Source: Azolla caroliniana
Taxonomy: Eukaryota > Plantae > Polypodiophyta
Direction: 5' to 3'
NCBI GenBank assembly: GCA_043228905.1
Contig: JBHGNT010000006.1
Location: 13,330,001-13,394,000 of the forward strand
Length of the DNA stretch: 64,000 nt
Numbering within the stretch: the first letter of the stretch is position 1; each line of letters starts with the position of its first letter. The translations under genes and the position numbers were made by a program. Below, piece by piece: positions 49,689 to 63,435 of this stretch. A model generated the notes under the pieces. The model did no database searches. It saw nothing but the letters and a program-made list of their open reading frames with translations, and had not been told where the DNA came from.

Positions 49689-52600
49689 TGTTGGGAAACA
49701 AGTCCCTCTGGATGGGATCCGGATGAGGCGAAGGAAGGAACTAGACCGGATGAGTTCGGAAGGTATCCGGATAGATCTTGAAGGATTCTGGCCAGATTTG
49801 GTATGAACCAACAAGTAGGAACATATCTGTAAATATGTTCAGACGTGACCGTTGAGGTCATATTTGTAAATAGCCCGTAAGTTATATGAGTATAAATATA
49901 ACTAGGGCAATAGTGTTCATGTATGATGATGTTATCATTATTGTTTTATAGAGATACAGAGAGAGAGAGACAGACACACAGACACACAGACACACACAAA
50001 GTTTTCTGTTGTAACCGTTAGTTGGCGAAGATATAGAATTTGAGGTCGTTTCCTCTGAGTCTTCTGTTGTATTCTCCCTCTCATAGTGATAGTTGGAGTG
50101 TGTGGGCTCCCGTGGTTTTTCCCCATTAGGGATTTCCACGTTAACATCTTGTGTTGTCTTATTTCTATTTCCTATTTTTCTTCCATTGAGTGATTAAGAC
50201 TCGGTTATGGCTAAGCACTATTCCGCACAAACTAGTATGAAAGCATGGAAGATCCATTTGGCGGCATGTTCAAGTTCACTAGCTCCAACTACTCAGTGTG
50301 GAAGTCGAAGATGAGGGACATGCTCGTGGTTAAAGATCTCTGGCTACCGGTATAGTTCGGGGACAAAAGACCAGACAAGATTGACGCATCAACATGGGAG
50401 GTGATGCATATGAAGACGAAAACCTATATTTGATGCTTCATCGACATGAGCCTGTACAACAACTTAAATGAAGAGAGTAAGGTTCATTAACTCTGGAGAA
50501 GATAGGCATCATGTTTGAGAACAAGAATGCTGAAAATCAAGTCTCGGACTTCCGGAAGTTGGTGAGACTTAGATATCAAGACGACTCTAGTATGGTGGAG
50601 CATATGAATGCCTTCCAGGGGCTGATAAACCAAACAACCTCGTTGGAAGTACCCCTATCCGATGAGGTACTCACGTTGCTGCTGCTCGGTTCCCTCCCGG
50701 ATAGCTGGGAGACGTTGGTTGTCACTTTGGGCAACGCCAGGCTGGAAGGAAAACATCTATCCCTAGCAAGGGTAAAATCAAGATTGCTAGATGAAGAAGC
50801 TCGCCGGAAGGACCGGGAGTTCGGAACCGATCCGAAGGCCTTGGTTACCGAAGACGACCATAATCGGGGAAGAGGCGGGAATCATAGTCCCAAGAACCGA
50901 GAAAAGTCGGGGACGAGGTCGAAATCAAGGGGGAGGCTCACTTACTTCTACTGTGGGAAGCTAGGACACTTCCAGAAGAATTGCCGACACTTCTAGAGGA
51001 GAAAGGAACCAAAAATGCCGACTCGAAGAAGGGTTTAGACCGGAGGAGTTTGGATCGGAATGGAATGATGACAATCATGACAAGTGAAGATGAACTAATT
51101 CTTATCACCGAGGAGAGCAAGCTACACCTTGTTAGTGACAAAATGACATGGGTTGTCAACTCCGGAGCGTCGTTCCATTTGACCCCCAATCGGAAATGCT
51201 TCTTATCGTACAGATCCGGAGATCACAGTTGTGTCCGGATGTGGAATGAAGGTGCATCCCAGATTGTCGGCATATGAGATGTGTGATTAACAATGTCAAC
51301 GGGGTGTAGATTGTTGCTTAAGGATGTCTGACACCTTCGTAGGTTCGATTGAACCTGATATCAGTCGGTCGGCTGGATGACGAAGGCTACATGGGTAGCA
51401 TTTGGAACGGAGTCATGAAGTTCAGCAAAGGAAGCCTGATTGTGGCCCGAGCCCGGAAGATCATAACACTATACTTGATGCATGCCCGATTTTTCCAGGA
51501 AGAAGTGAACGTGGCATCCGACAATGCTGGTGAGCTGTGCCACATGAGCCAGAAAGAGATGCGTAAATTTGCCAAGGATAACCTCATTCTGGAGGTGAAA
51601 GATGTGCAACTTGCGAGATACATCGACTGCTTGGCCGGCAAGCAAAACTGAACCTCCTTCCGGACAAGGCCACTGATGAGACGGAATGCACCACTGGAAC
51701 TTGTGCATATCGATCTATGCCAAATGGACACAAAATCACATGTTGGGTTAGAGTACTTTGTGATGGTTATAGACGACCACAGTTGGAAGTTGTGGGTCTC
51801 ACCGCTGAAGATAAAGGACCAGGTATTATCTGTCTTCAAGGAATTCCACGCGAGAGTGGAAAGGGAAACCAGCCGGAAGCTAAAGGCGGTTCAAGTGGAC
51901 AATGGAGGCGAATACCAGGGGCAGTTCATGGAGTACTGCCGGTCGATGGGAATTTGGCTCAATTTGACCATGCCAAAGATGCCAGAGCTGAACGGATTGG
52001 CCGAAAGAATGAATTGAACCATAATGGAGAGAGTTTGGAGTATGCTTGAACATGCCAAGCTGTCCAAGACGTTTTGGGTTGAGGCACTGATGACGGCGAC
52101 TTACGTGATAAATCAATCATCCTCAGCACCGTTGGACGGAGACACACACAGAGAGTATGGACCGGTAAAGATTTGTCTTACCAGCATCTGAAGGTGTTTG
52201 GTTGTCTTGTTCACGTGCATGTTGCAAAGGACAAGAGAGAAAAGTTGGATCTGAAGTCTCGACCATGCATATTCCTTGGATACGACAATGATGAGTTCAA
52301 CTACCGAGTGTGGAGCTTGGTCGACAAGAAGATCTCCCGGAGTTGAGACATAGTTTCGTGGAAGACAAGACTATTGCCAACTAGGAGTCGGAGAAGAAGA
52401 TAGCGGACTCCGGATTGACTAACAGAGATCGGTTGGAAGATGAAAGGACACATCCAGTCGGAAGCCGGATGTTAGTCGAAGACCAGGATGAACTAGATAG
52501 ATTCGGACAAAGAACCGAAGCGACCAAAGAAGAATCAGACACTGAAACCATACAAGACCCCGAATCGGATTCAGATAAAGAACAAGCGGAGGAATATGTG

Positions 52601-53972
52601 GTCGAGAACCAAGGAAGAAGATATCCTCTCAGGGAGAGAAGAACCCCTCGGAGATATTCGGATGTTGAGCATGTGATGCTGACCGATGAGGGGGATCTGG
52701 AAAGCTTCGAAGAAGCAAAGAGAGACACCCACATCTGCAAGAGGTTAAGTGCCATGCAGGATGAGATGGATTCCCTGCATGAGAAACAGAAATATGAACT
52801 AACGGAGCTACCGAAAGGAAAGAAGGTGCTTTGGAACAAGTGGGTGTACAAGCTGAAACCGGGAGACGCTGAAAATCCACAAAGGTACAAAGACCGCATT
52901 GTGGCGAAAGGCTTCCAACAGAAAAAAGGAGTGGATTTCGACAAGATCTTTGCCCCGGTAGTAAAGATGACATCCATTCGGACTGTGTTGAGCATAGCGG
53001 AAAGCATGGACCTCGAGTTCAAACAACTAGATGTGAAGACGACATTCCTTCATGGAGACCTCGAGGAGGAGATCTACATGCAACAACCGGAAGGATTCGT
53101 CAAGAAAGGGAAGGAGCACCTGGTGTGCCGGTTGAAGAAGAGCTTATATGGACTGAAGCAAGCTGCCCGACAATGGTACTAGAAGTTTGACTCCTTCATG
53201 ACCAACCAGGGATACCACAAGACGCAGGCCGACCACTATGTGTTTGTGAAGAAGTTCGATGGAGGAGATTTTCTAATACTCCTGCTGTACGTGGACGACA
53301 TGCTAATAGTTGGACCGGACCAAACCAAAATTAGAGTGCTAAAGAAGGCCTTGAACCGGTCATTCTCAATGAATGATTTGAGTCTGGCGAAACAGATACT
53401 GAGGATGCACATAGTTAGGAACCGGACGAAGAAGCTATTGTGGCTGTCATAGGAGAAGTACATGATGAAGGTGCTCCAACGATTCAACATGTCGGATGCT
53501 AAGTTGGTCGGGTCGACACTTCCAGCAAAATGCAAGCTGTCCAGAAAACAAAGCCCAAAGACGAAGATAGAGAAGTCGGAAATGATGAAGATTCCATATG
53601 CCTCTGCCATCAGAAGTTTGATGTACGCATTGCGTGCACATGACCGGATATCGGATATGCAGTCAGAGTTGTCAACCAGTTCATGAGCAATCCGGGAAGA
53701 GAACACTAGACCGGGGTTCAAGTGGATACTCCGGTACTTGAAAGGCACCTCGAGTATGTGCCTCCGATGCGGTTTAGGTAAACCCCAACTTGAAGGATTC
53801 ACGGATTCGGATATGTCGGTTGATGCGGATACCAGCCAGTCAATGTCCGGTTATGTTATGACATATGCAGAGGGAGACGTATCGTGGTAGTCGAGGATGC
53901 AGAAGTTCATTGCAATATCAACAATGTAAGTGGAGTTCATTGCAGTTGTGGAAGCCGGCAAAGAGGTAATCT
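49689..53972 (+). mobile_element. Degenerate Tnt1/Tork-like Copia C2: 5' LTR 49689-50229, decayed iMet PBS 50233-50244, gag-pol from 50245; 3' end lost
   Basis: The LTR start TGTTGGG...GGATGGGAT resembles the H LTR. Motifs LLGSLPDSW, CGKLGHFQKNC, WVVNSGAS and LLYVDDMLI. Confidence 0.9.
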
Positions 53973-54780
53973 ACGGGAGCCGATATTTCGTCTCCTTCAT
54001 CGATGACTACATCCAACACACATGGATCTACCTTGTATAGAAGAAAAGCGAAGTCTTCAACTGTTTACGGAACCTACAAATTCTTGGCGAATGAGAAATG
54101 GAGAGGAAGGTCAAGTGTCTGCGGTCGGATGGTGGAAAAGAGTATTTTTTCGGCGAATTCTACAATTATTTGTAGTAGAAGGGAATTCGGAGAGAATTCA
54201 ACTATAGATACACACTGGCACAAAATGGTGTGGCCTTAAGGAAGAACCGGTCTATTGTCGAGGCGGCAAGGGCAATGATGGAAGAGAAGAGCATACCCAA
54301 GTTCTACTGGGCTGAGGCGGTCCGAATGGCCATTTACATCCAAAACTGGATCATGGATAAGGTGACAGCACATGAGCTATATTTCGGACGTAAGCCGAAT
54401 TTAAGGCACCTTAAGATATTCAGTAGCTTTGCCTATGTGCATGTACCGGATGAGAAGCGGAGGAAGTTGGACCACCCAAAGTCGGAGAAGGGTATATTAG
54501 TCGGCTACTCACATGAGCAAAAGGGTTATAAGTGCTATAACACCTGAACAAAACAAGTTCGAGGGAGCCGAGATATCGAACTTGATGAGTCGGGATCATG
54601 GTACTCTCTACCGATTCTGATCCGATTCCAGAAGATGAGGTCAGTGAGCCGGAAACAATCCGGGAAGAAGAAGAAGAAGACTTCGGTATTCTAGATGAGA
54701 GTCTGATTTCGTTCCGGCTGAGCGGGCCAAATGAAGAGCTGAGTTGGAAGGACTAGCAAGATGATGGTGCAGCGAAGACT
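53973..54780 (+). pseudogene. Integrase fragment of a different Copia family (J)
   Basis: YFVSFIDDY...TWIY, IVEAARAMM, FYWAEAV and ILVGYSHEQKGYKCY. Confidence 0.8.
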
Positions 54781-55257
54781 TGCTGTTACCCGTTCCTTTT
54801 TTGTAAAGCCCTATCGTCCTGGGGATCAATTTCACCTAATAGCGCGCGTTGAATCATTTTTGTTTCAGCTTGCTCTTCTGCCATTCGAGCGGCTGCCACG
54901 ACTTGGGCTCTGGCGAGGAAGTCGAACAGCTTGAATGTCATACCGAGGCGTAGGAGCGCACTAAATTCGTAAGCCTCCGCGGGGAGGTCTTATACCCTAG
55001 GACTTCATCCTCCGAGATCTGCATTGTCTACCCATGCTCGATCTTTCCCTGGTTCAGCGATGCCTCCTCAGGGATGATGGCCAGGTTGCTCTGTCTGACA
55101 ACTAAGGCTTGCTCCTATTGTGGCTCTTTCTGTTCTGCCGAGGACTTGCGGTGGAGTCGTCTTCTCTTGCTCGGCTGTGTTTGGGGTTCCGGGGCCGGTA
55201 GTGTCGTTTCCTCCGCCTGCTTCCTTTTCTGGGTTCGTGGTGGTGCTGCCTGCTTTG

Positions 55258-58200
55258 TGTTGGGATTACGATCCCTTCGGATGGGATGGTCGGATGTCGG
55301 AGATGAATGCCGACGAGCCCGGTTTCGGTTTCGGATCCGGATGATGAAGACCCCGGCTTCGGTGCCGGATGACGAATGTACCCGGAGAGCGATCCGGATG
55401 CAGGGACATATCCGTGAATATGTTCGCTATGGGCCCCTGAGGCTATAGTTGTAAATAGCCCCAAAGTCATATATGTATAAATATGACTTAGGGCAAACAG
55501 TTTTGTTGTTGCTGATCATTTTTCTGTTTTTCCACTCAAGAGGAGTGAAGAGGGAGCAGCCGTGAGAGAGAGAGAGAGAGAGATAGAGCGTGAGAGAGGA
55601 AGAGGACGACGCCTCTTTGTATTTCCGCCTCCTGTGGCGAGGATAGCGAGCTCAAGGTCGTCGCCTTGCAGCTCGCCATTGTATACTTCTCTGTATAGTG
55701 TTGGTTTGGAGTCTTGTACTCCCGTGGTTTTTCCCGTCTAGGGTTTTCCACGTTAATCCCTGTGTGTTCGCGTTTTGTTTCTCTGTGTGGTTCCTATTTT
55801 CTGCTCCATTGATTCGCGCTTACTCGGTTGTGGCCGAGTGGTGAAGGTGAATCGAAGCATTGATTCCCAACAAACTGGTATCAGAGCGAGTTGCTGCAGA
55901 AAATGGAAGGCGGCGGCAGTGGGCAGCCGGGGATGATGGTGCTGACTGCGCAGAATTACGCCGATTGGAAGATCAAGATGGAGGATCTTCTGATTGTTCG
56001 GGACCTGTACGAACCGATTGACAGGTCGGAAATACCGAAAGGGGTACTTGAGTCGGAATGGAGGCTTCTGAACCGGAAAGCCGTTGCAACCATTCGGCAA
56101 TACGTCGACGTGAGCGTTCTACAACATGTGGCGAACGACACCAACGCATATGAGATGTGGCGGAAGCTGTCGGGCCTCTATGAGAGGAAGAATGCGTTGA
56201 ACCGGACCTCCCTGATGAGGAAGATAGTGAATCTCAAGTACCGGGACGGCGAGAGTATGGTGGAACACGTAAGCACGTTCATGGGTTTCGTGAATCAGCT
56301 TGCGGCGATCAAGTTCCCGTTGGAGGATGCAATGCAAGCCATCATCCTGATGTGTACATTGCCGGAAAGCTGGGAGAACTTGGTGGTGACTCTCAGCACC
56401 TCCTGCACCGAAGATAACTTGTCCTTACAAACGGTAAAGACAAGTATTTTGAACGAAGAAGCGCGTCGGAGAGATAAAGAACCGGCCTCCGACTCGAAGG
56501 CGCTGCTTACCGAATCGGATCGGGGAAGACAATGGAACCGGAGTCCGCAAAGACGGGAGAAGTCGGGGACCCGGTCGCAGTCAAGAGGAAGGCCCACATG
56601 CTTCCACTGTGGGAAGCCGGGGCACTTCCGAAAGAATTGTCGGCATTACCGAAAAGACAACGGAGCCGACGACACCGATTCGAAGAAGTCACCGGAGAGA
56701 AACGGTGCATACCGGGGAGCCACGGACCGGAGAGGTTCGGATCGGCGAGGGCAGGACCGGAAAGGAACAACGGCACTCGCGGCAAGTGAGGAAGAAATCA
56801 TGCTCATCACCGAAGAAAGTGAAGTAAACATTGCCGGCGATGAGACGACCTAGGTGGTCGATTCGGGAGCATCGTTCCACCTGACCCCGGAGAGAAGATA
56901 CTTCTCATCCTACACAGCCGGTGAGCATGGCTGTGTTCGAATGGGAAATGAAGGTACGTGCCGGATTGCCGGCATAGGAGATGTGTGGTTGACAACCCCG
57001 ACCGGATGCAAAATGCTGCTGAAGGATGTCCGACACGTTCCGGAAGTTCGATTGAACCTGATTTCGGCCGGGAGGCTAGACGATGAAGGCTACACAGGTA
57101 GCATCCGGAACGGCGTAATGAAGTTCAGCAAGGGGAGCCTGATAGTGGCTCGGGCCCGGAAAGACAACACATTGTACCTGATGAATGCCCGGTTATGTCC
57201 GGAAGAGCTGAATGTGGCAGCCGACACTGCCGGTGAGCTGTGGCACAAAAGACTGTGCCACATGAGCGAGAAGGGGATGAAGAGGCTTGCAGAAGACAAC
57301 CTTATTCCAGTGAAGCATGTGCACCTGGAGAAGTGCACCGATTGCCTGGCCGGTAAGCAGAACCGAACCTCCTTCCACTCAAGGCCACCGACGAGACGCA
57401 ACGCACCATTGGAGTTGGTGCACACTGATGTGTGTCAGGTAGAAACGAAGTCACATGGCGGAGCCCAGTACTTCGTAACATTCATTGATGATCACAACCG
57501 GAAGCTGTGGACGGCACCGTTGAAGACAAAGGACCAAGTGTTGTGCGTCTTCAAAGAACTCCACGCGAGAGTGGAAAGGGAATCCGGCAAGAAGCTGAAA
57601 GCGATACGAGCGGATAACGGAGGGGAATACCGGGGGCAGTTCCGGGAGTACTGTCGCTCGAAGGGAATCCGACTCGAGTTTACTGTGCCGAAGACGCCGG
57701 AACTGAACCGGCTGGCCGAGAGGATGAACCGGACCATAATGGAGAGGGTCCGGAGTATGCTGGCGCATGCGAAATTACCCAAGGGGTTTTGGGCCGAGGC
57801 AATGTCGACGGCGACATACGTGATAAACAGATCACCCTCAGTACCTTTGGACGGAGACACGCCGCAGAAAGTGTGGACCGGTAAGGAAGTGTCCTACCGG
57901 CATCTAAAGGTGTTCGGGTGTCTCGCATACGTGCATGTGGCAAAGGACCGGAGAGGAAAGCTAGATCCAAAGACCCGGCCATGCATATTCCTCGGTTACG
58001 GCGACGACGAGTTCGGCTACCGAGTATGGGACCCGGTCGACAAGAAGATATTCAGGAGTCGAGACATCATCTTCATGGAGGACAAGACACTCGCCGACTG
58101 GGAGTCGGAGAAGAAGATGAAGAGCTCCAAGTCGACCGGTGAGGATCAACTCTACGAGGAGCAGTCCCGACCGGCAAGGGACCGGTTAGCACTCGAGGAT

Positions 58201-60599
58201 CCGGCCGAAGACGGTGAAGAAACAGAACCGGCCGAAGAAGATGAAAATGATACCGGAACCGGCCCCGACCCCGAAATGGATTCGGATGAAGAAGAATCGG
58301 AAGAACCGGTTACCAAAGCTCCGGAACGGAGATATCCTCTAAGAGAGAGAAGGGCCCCCCGAAGATTTCCGGAACCAGAGCACGTGCTGCTAACCGACGA
58401 GGGGGAGCCGGAGAGCTTTGAAGAAGCAAAACATGACACCCAGAGCCGCAGGTGGTTGAGTGCCATGCAGGACGAGATGGATTCCCTGCATGAGAACCAC
58501 ACATATGAACTTGTGGAGTTGCCGAAAGGAAAGCGGGCACTTCGAAACAAGTGGGTGTTCAAGCTGAAACCGGGAGATGCCGGAAAACCCCCGAGATACA
58601 AAGCTAGGATCGTGGTGAAGGGGTTTCAGCAAAAGAAGGGCGTCGACTTCGACGAGATATTTGCCCCGGTAGTGAAGATGACCTCCATCCGGACGGTGCT
58701 GAGCATAGCGGCAAGCATGGACCTCGAGGTAGAACAGATGGACGTGAAGACGGCATTCCTTCACGGTGACCTCGATGAAGAGATCTACATGCAGCAACCG
58801 GAAGGATTCGAGAAGAAAGGGAAGGAGCACCTGGTATGCCGGTTGAAGAAGAGCCTTTACGGACTGAAGCAGGCTCCCCGGCAATGGTACCGGAAGTTCG
58901 ACTCCTTCATGACCGACGAAGAGTACCTCAAAACGCAGTCCGACCACTGCGTGTTTGTGAAGAAGTTTGAAGGAGGAGACTCTCTAATACTCCTCCTGTA
59001 CGTGGACGACATGTTGATCGTCGGACGGGACCAGGTCAAGATACGGATGCTGAAGAAGGCTCTTCACCGAACCTTCTCAATGAAGGACCTGGGTCCGGCG
59101 AGGCAAATACTAGGGATGCACATCATCCGGGACCGGAAGAAGAAGCAGTTGTGGCTGTCACAGGAGAAGTACGTGACGAAGGTGCTTCACCGGTTCAACA
59201 TGTCGGAAGCAAGACTGGTCGGATCGACCCTCCTGGCAAACTGCAAGCTGTCCAGCAAGCAAAGTCCCAAGACAAAGGCTGAGAAGGAGGACATGATGAA
59301 AGTACCATATGCCTCTGCCGTCGGGAGCTTGATGTACGCCATGGTGTGTACGAGACCGGACATAGGATATGCAGTCGGAGTGGTGAGCCGGTACATGAGC
59401 AATCCCGGCAAAGAGCATTGGAACGCGGCCAAGTGGATACTCCGATACCTGAAAGGCACGGCAAACGTGTGCCTCCGATTCGGCTCCGGTAAGCCCGAAC
59501 TCGACGGCTTCACCGATTCGGATATGTCGGCTGATGCAGATACAAGCCGGTCCACATCAGGGTATGTGATGACGTATGCAGGGGGAGCCGTTTCGTGGCA
59601 GTCGAGGCTGCAGAAGACGGTTGCGTTGTCAACCACGGAGGCGGAGTACATGGCAGCTGTTGAAGCCGGCAAGGAAATAATATGGATGAAGGACTTCATC
59701 AGAGAGCTCGGTATCCGGCAGGAGGAGTACCGACTCTACTGCGACAGTCAGAGTGCAATCCACCTTGCGAAGAACGCGGCCTATCACTCCCGGACGAAGC
59801 ACATCCAGCAAAGATATCACTGGATCCGGGAAAGGATAGAAGACAAGGAGTTCGTGCTGACAAAGATCCACACGGACGAGAACGGGTCGGATATGCTGAC
59901 CAAGGTCCTCACACCCGACAAGCTGGAAGCATGCCGAAAGAGGATCGGATTGGAAAGACATCCCATGCCGAAGTGAAGGGGGAGTTTGTTGGGATTACGA
60001 TCCCTTCGGATGGGATGGTCGGATGTCGGAGATGAATGCCGACGAGCCCGGTTTCGGTTTCGGATCCGGATGATGAAGACCCCGGCTTCGGTGCCGGATG
60101 ACGAATGTACCCGGAGAGCGATCCGGATGCAGGGACATATCCGTGAATATGTTCGCTATGGGCCCCTGAGGCTATAGTTGTAAATAGCCCCAAAGTCATA
60201 TATGTATAAATATGACTTAGGGCAAACAGTTTTGTTGCTGCTGATCATTTTTCTGTTTTTCCACTCAAGAGGAGTGAAGAGGGAGCAGCCGTGAGAGAGA
60301 GAGAGAGAGATAGAGCGTGAGAGAGGAAGAGGACGACGCCTCTTTGTATTTCCGCCTCCTGTGGCGAGGATAGCGAGCTCAAGGTCATCGCCTTGCAGCT
60401 CGCCATTGTATACTTCTCTGTATAGTGTTGGTTTGGAGTCTTGTACTCCCGTGGTTTTTCCCGTCTAGGGTTTTCCACGTTAATCCCTGTGTGTTCGCGT
60501 TTTGTTTCTCTGTGTGGTTCCTATTTTCTGCTCCATTGATTCGCGCTTACTCGGTTGTGGCCGAGTGGTGAAGGTGAATCGAAGCGTTGATTCCCAACA
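55258..60599 (+). mobile_element. Young full-length Tnt1/Tork-like Copia element H; LTRs 55258-55872 and 59987-60599, TSD CTTTG
   Basis: Near-identical TG...CA LTRs. PBS TGGTATCAGAGC at 55876-55887 (iMet) and PPT GAAGGGGGAG before the 3' LTR. Confidence 0.97.
55903..59976 (+). CDS. Copia gag-pol polyprotein (gag, CCHC, PR, IN, RT, RNase H) with a single in-frame TAG at 56851-56853
   Basis: ORFs 55891-56853 and 56854-59976 are in the same frame. Motifs CFHCGKPGHFRKNC, VDSGAS, HKRLCH...CTDC, YVDDML and FTDSD. Confidence 0.95.
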
Positions 60600-63435
60600 C
60601 TTTGTGTTGGGGCGTGGGCTAGGTCCTAGGGAAGTTACTGAGGGGCGCGACGTTGGCTGTCGAATGGTGACATCATCTGCCGTGTTGTCCTCCGCGGTTA
60701 CCTCCTCCTCCCATTCTTGGCAGGTCTCGGAAACTACCCTTTTTTGTTGGGGTTGGGTGGGTGGTGGTGCAGATGCGGGGTTTTGGTCAGCAGTAGGAGG
60801 TGAAGGCGATGTGGGCTCCTCCCATGCTTCGTGGCTGATGGCAACGAATTTCTCTTTCTGCCTTCGTGGTGGTGGTGGGGATGTGAGTGTGCGAGGGGAA
60901 GGAAGAGAAGAGGGTGGGTATAGAACCATCCAAAAGTGGGTAAGAACAGACAACATCTTCTTACCAGACTGAAATGAAGCTAAGGCGGCGCGGAGTCCTT
61001 TGCCTGTGATGTTTCCCCAATTGATTCTGTTTCCTTCATACGCGCTGATGATGATGGCTGCCTTGTTCTGCGGCATGCTCGTTGGGTTCATATGCACGAA
61101 CACATACTCCATTAATATACGAGCAATCTCCCCGAAAGCTCTGTTGGGACCGCCATACGTGCGATATGCCTTCCCTGAGGCTGAGTACTCACCGAAGTAC
61201 TCTTTCATCTTCGATGCCGGAGGTATGTCGAACTCATGGTCCCCTCCCCGTTGCAGGTCCAAAACAGCCCGAAGCACGTTGTTGGTGATGGCTTCGGGAC
61301 AAATACGTTTAGCCACACCTTGGGCATCTGGGTGCGCGGGGGTATCGATGATCTTCAGGTAACCGCCCATTCCTCGTTCCTGGAGCCAGGCGTGGGTTTC
61401 TGTTGAAGCGGTAAGAGGCATGGTGGAGATGGAGACGGGGTTTGACTGTGTGGAAGCGTGAAGAAGAGTGATGAGGCGAGGGCAAGACAGAGGAGGAACA
61501 ACAAGAAGGGGAAGTTCAACAAAGGGGTTATGAGAGCAAAAGAGGGCTTGAGAGCAAGAGCGTTTAGAGCGATGAGAGCGAGACGGGGTTTCTGAGCTTG
61601 AGAGCAATGGAGATTGGGAGCGATAATGAACTTCTGTGTCTGTGCTGCGTTTTGGAAAGGGTTTTAGGAACTTACTCCTAGGGTTTTGTGCCTGAAGCGA
61701 ATCCTGAAGATTCTGAGTTGTGGGTGCCATAATAAGTGACTAACACCACATGTCCTGAAGGTGAGTGGGGTGCTTCTAGTGCTTTGCATGTGCTTAAATA
61801 GGTACTAAATGAGTGGTGGCGAGGGGTGCTCCTAAATTTGTGGGTGCCTAGGTGGGTGGTGTAGGTGTAGCTAATCGGTGGCTAAACTATGGTTAATCCT
61901 ACCTACTACTACTTTTATTAATTTCAAGAAGGTGGGTGAGTCCTTATTCGGGGGGACACATGGCCTCCTCCGTGGTGGTTTCCCGAAACGGGTTGGGTGG
62001 TGTAGTGCCTCGATATGGTCGAAGTCGGAAACCATTGGCCCAACTTTTGACAGTGTCGCCGGCGAGTGTGCCGAGCTGGAACGTCCCGTTGAACTCGTCG
62101 ATAATCCAGAATGGACCAGTCCACCGAAATCTTAATTTTCCCGGCATAGACCCGAGTCGTGTTTGAAAAAGAAGAACCAGTTTGCCGATGGTGAGCTCCT
62201 TTTCCAACCCGTGTCGATGTCGATCCACGAAAGCCTTGCGTTGCCGTTGGTGTTGTTCGAGCTGGGCCATACTCTCTATCCTATCTTCGCCGAGTTCGAG
62301 GAGTTGTTCCAGCCGGTATTGCTCAGATTGGGCCTCGGGGAGCCGTGCTTTGATTTGAACTCAAGAGCCTCGGGACTTGGAACTCGACGGGCATTATGGT
62401 TTCTAACCCGAACGCCATTCGAAAGGGGGTTGATTGGATGCTTGTTTTGAAAGTCGTACGATATGCCCACAACGTGCTCTGGAGTTTGTCATCCCAATCG
62501 GTCTTGTTTTCATTGACGATCTTCTTCAGTATGGTTTGGAGGATTTTATTGGTCGATTCCACCAAGCCGTTCGCCTGTGGGTAGTATGGTGTGCTTTTCT
62601 TGTGCACCACCGCGTAGTGGTGTGTAAGCTCACGTATTATATGATTGATGAAGTGCCCACCTTGATCACTAACGAGCTCGATTGGGCATCCGTAACAGCA
62701 CCAGAGGTGCTCGTACACGAATTTAGCCGTGGATGCCGCCGTGTTATCTCGGAGTGCCTTAGCCTCGACCCATTTGGTGCAGTAATCCGTGGCAACGATA
62801 ATATACCTATTCCCTGTACGGGCCGCGGGTGGTTTGAAAGGGCCTACAAAATCCAAACCCCATTTTTGAAATGGGTCCAACGGAAGAATTGGCTGGTGTG
62901 GCATCCGTGACTGTTCCATTGGTTGCCCCAGTCGTTGGCACAAATCGCACTGCCGGCAAAACTCGTGAGCGTCTTTCTTCGTTGTCGGCCACCACAATCC
63001 ACTTTGCCAAAATTTCCTTGCTGTGGAATCCCCGGCGTAGTGCCCCTCAGCTACTCCCTGGTGGGCTTCCTGAAGAACGACGTTCTTCTCGAATTGCCGA
63101 ATCGCTCGGCGCCTTATGCCGTCCGAGCCTTTGTGGTAGAGAATGTCCGAGACGAGGCAAAAATTCCGGCTACGCATTGTTAGGCATTTTCTCGTGTCAA
63201 GGGGCATGTGCTCGGGAGGTACACCGGTAGTGAGAAAATGGGTCATCTCCGTGATCCATTCATCTCCGTTATCGTCTGGTATCGTGGTCAGGTTAAATAG
63301 GCTGGTGTCTGGTAGCTCGTCATACGTTGTTTTCGCCGGTTCCCCTGACTCAAGACGGCTCAAGTAGTCGGCGATGGCATGTTGTACCCAGGGTCGATGC
63401 TGAATCTGGAAATCAAACTCCTCCAAGCAGGGTTG

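Larger units (their letters stand above)
54785..63435 (-). mobile_element. LTR-less fragment of a third Athila/OTA-like element (G): RNase H end, integrase (~61900-63435) and ORF3 (61730-60600, continuing 55257-54790), split by Copia H
   Basis: PFQKWGLDFVGPFKPP and YFGEYSASGKAYRT are present. The ORF reads through PNTK|QAAPP across the CTTTG TSD. Confidence 0.85.

Noticed and set aside
56851-56853. In-frame TAG between gag and pol of Copia H as a programmed read-through codon
   Set aside because: It occupies the conserved Trp of the WVVDSGAS protease motif, and paralogue C2 has TGG there. A G>A nonsense mutation is the simpler explanation.
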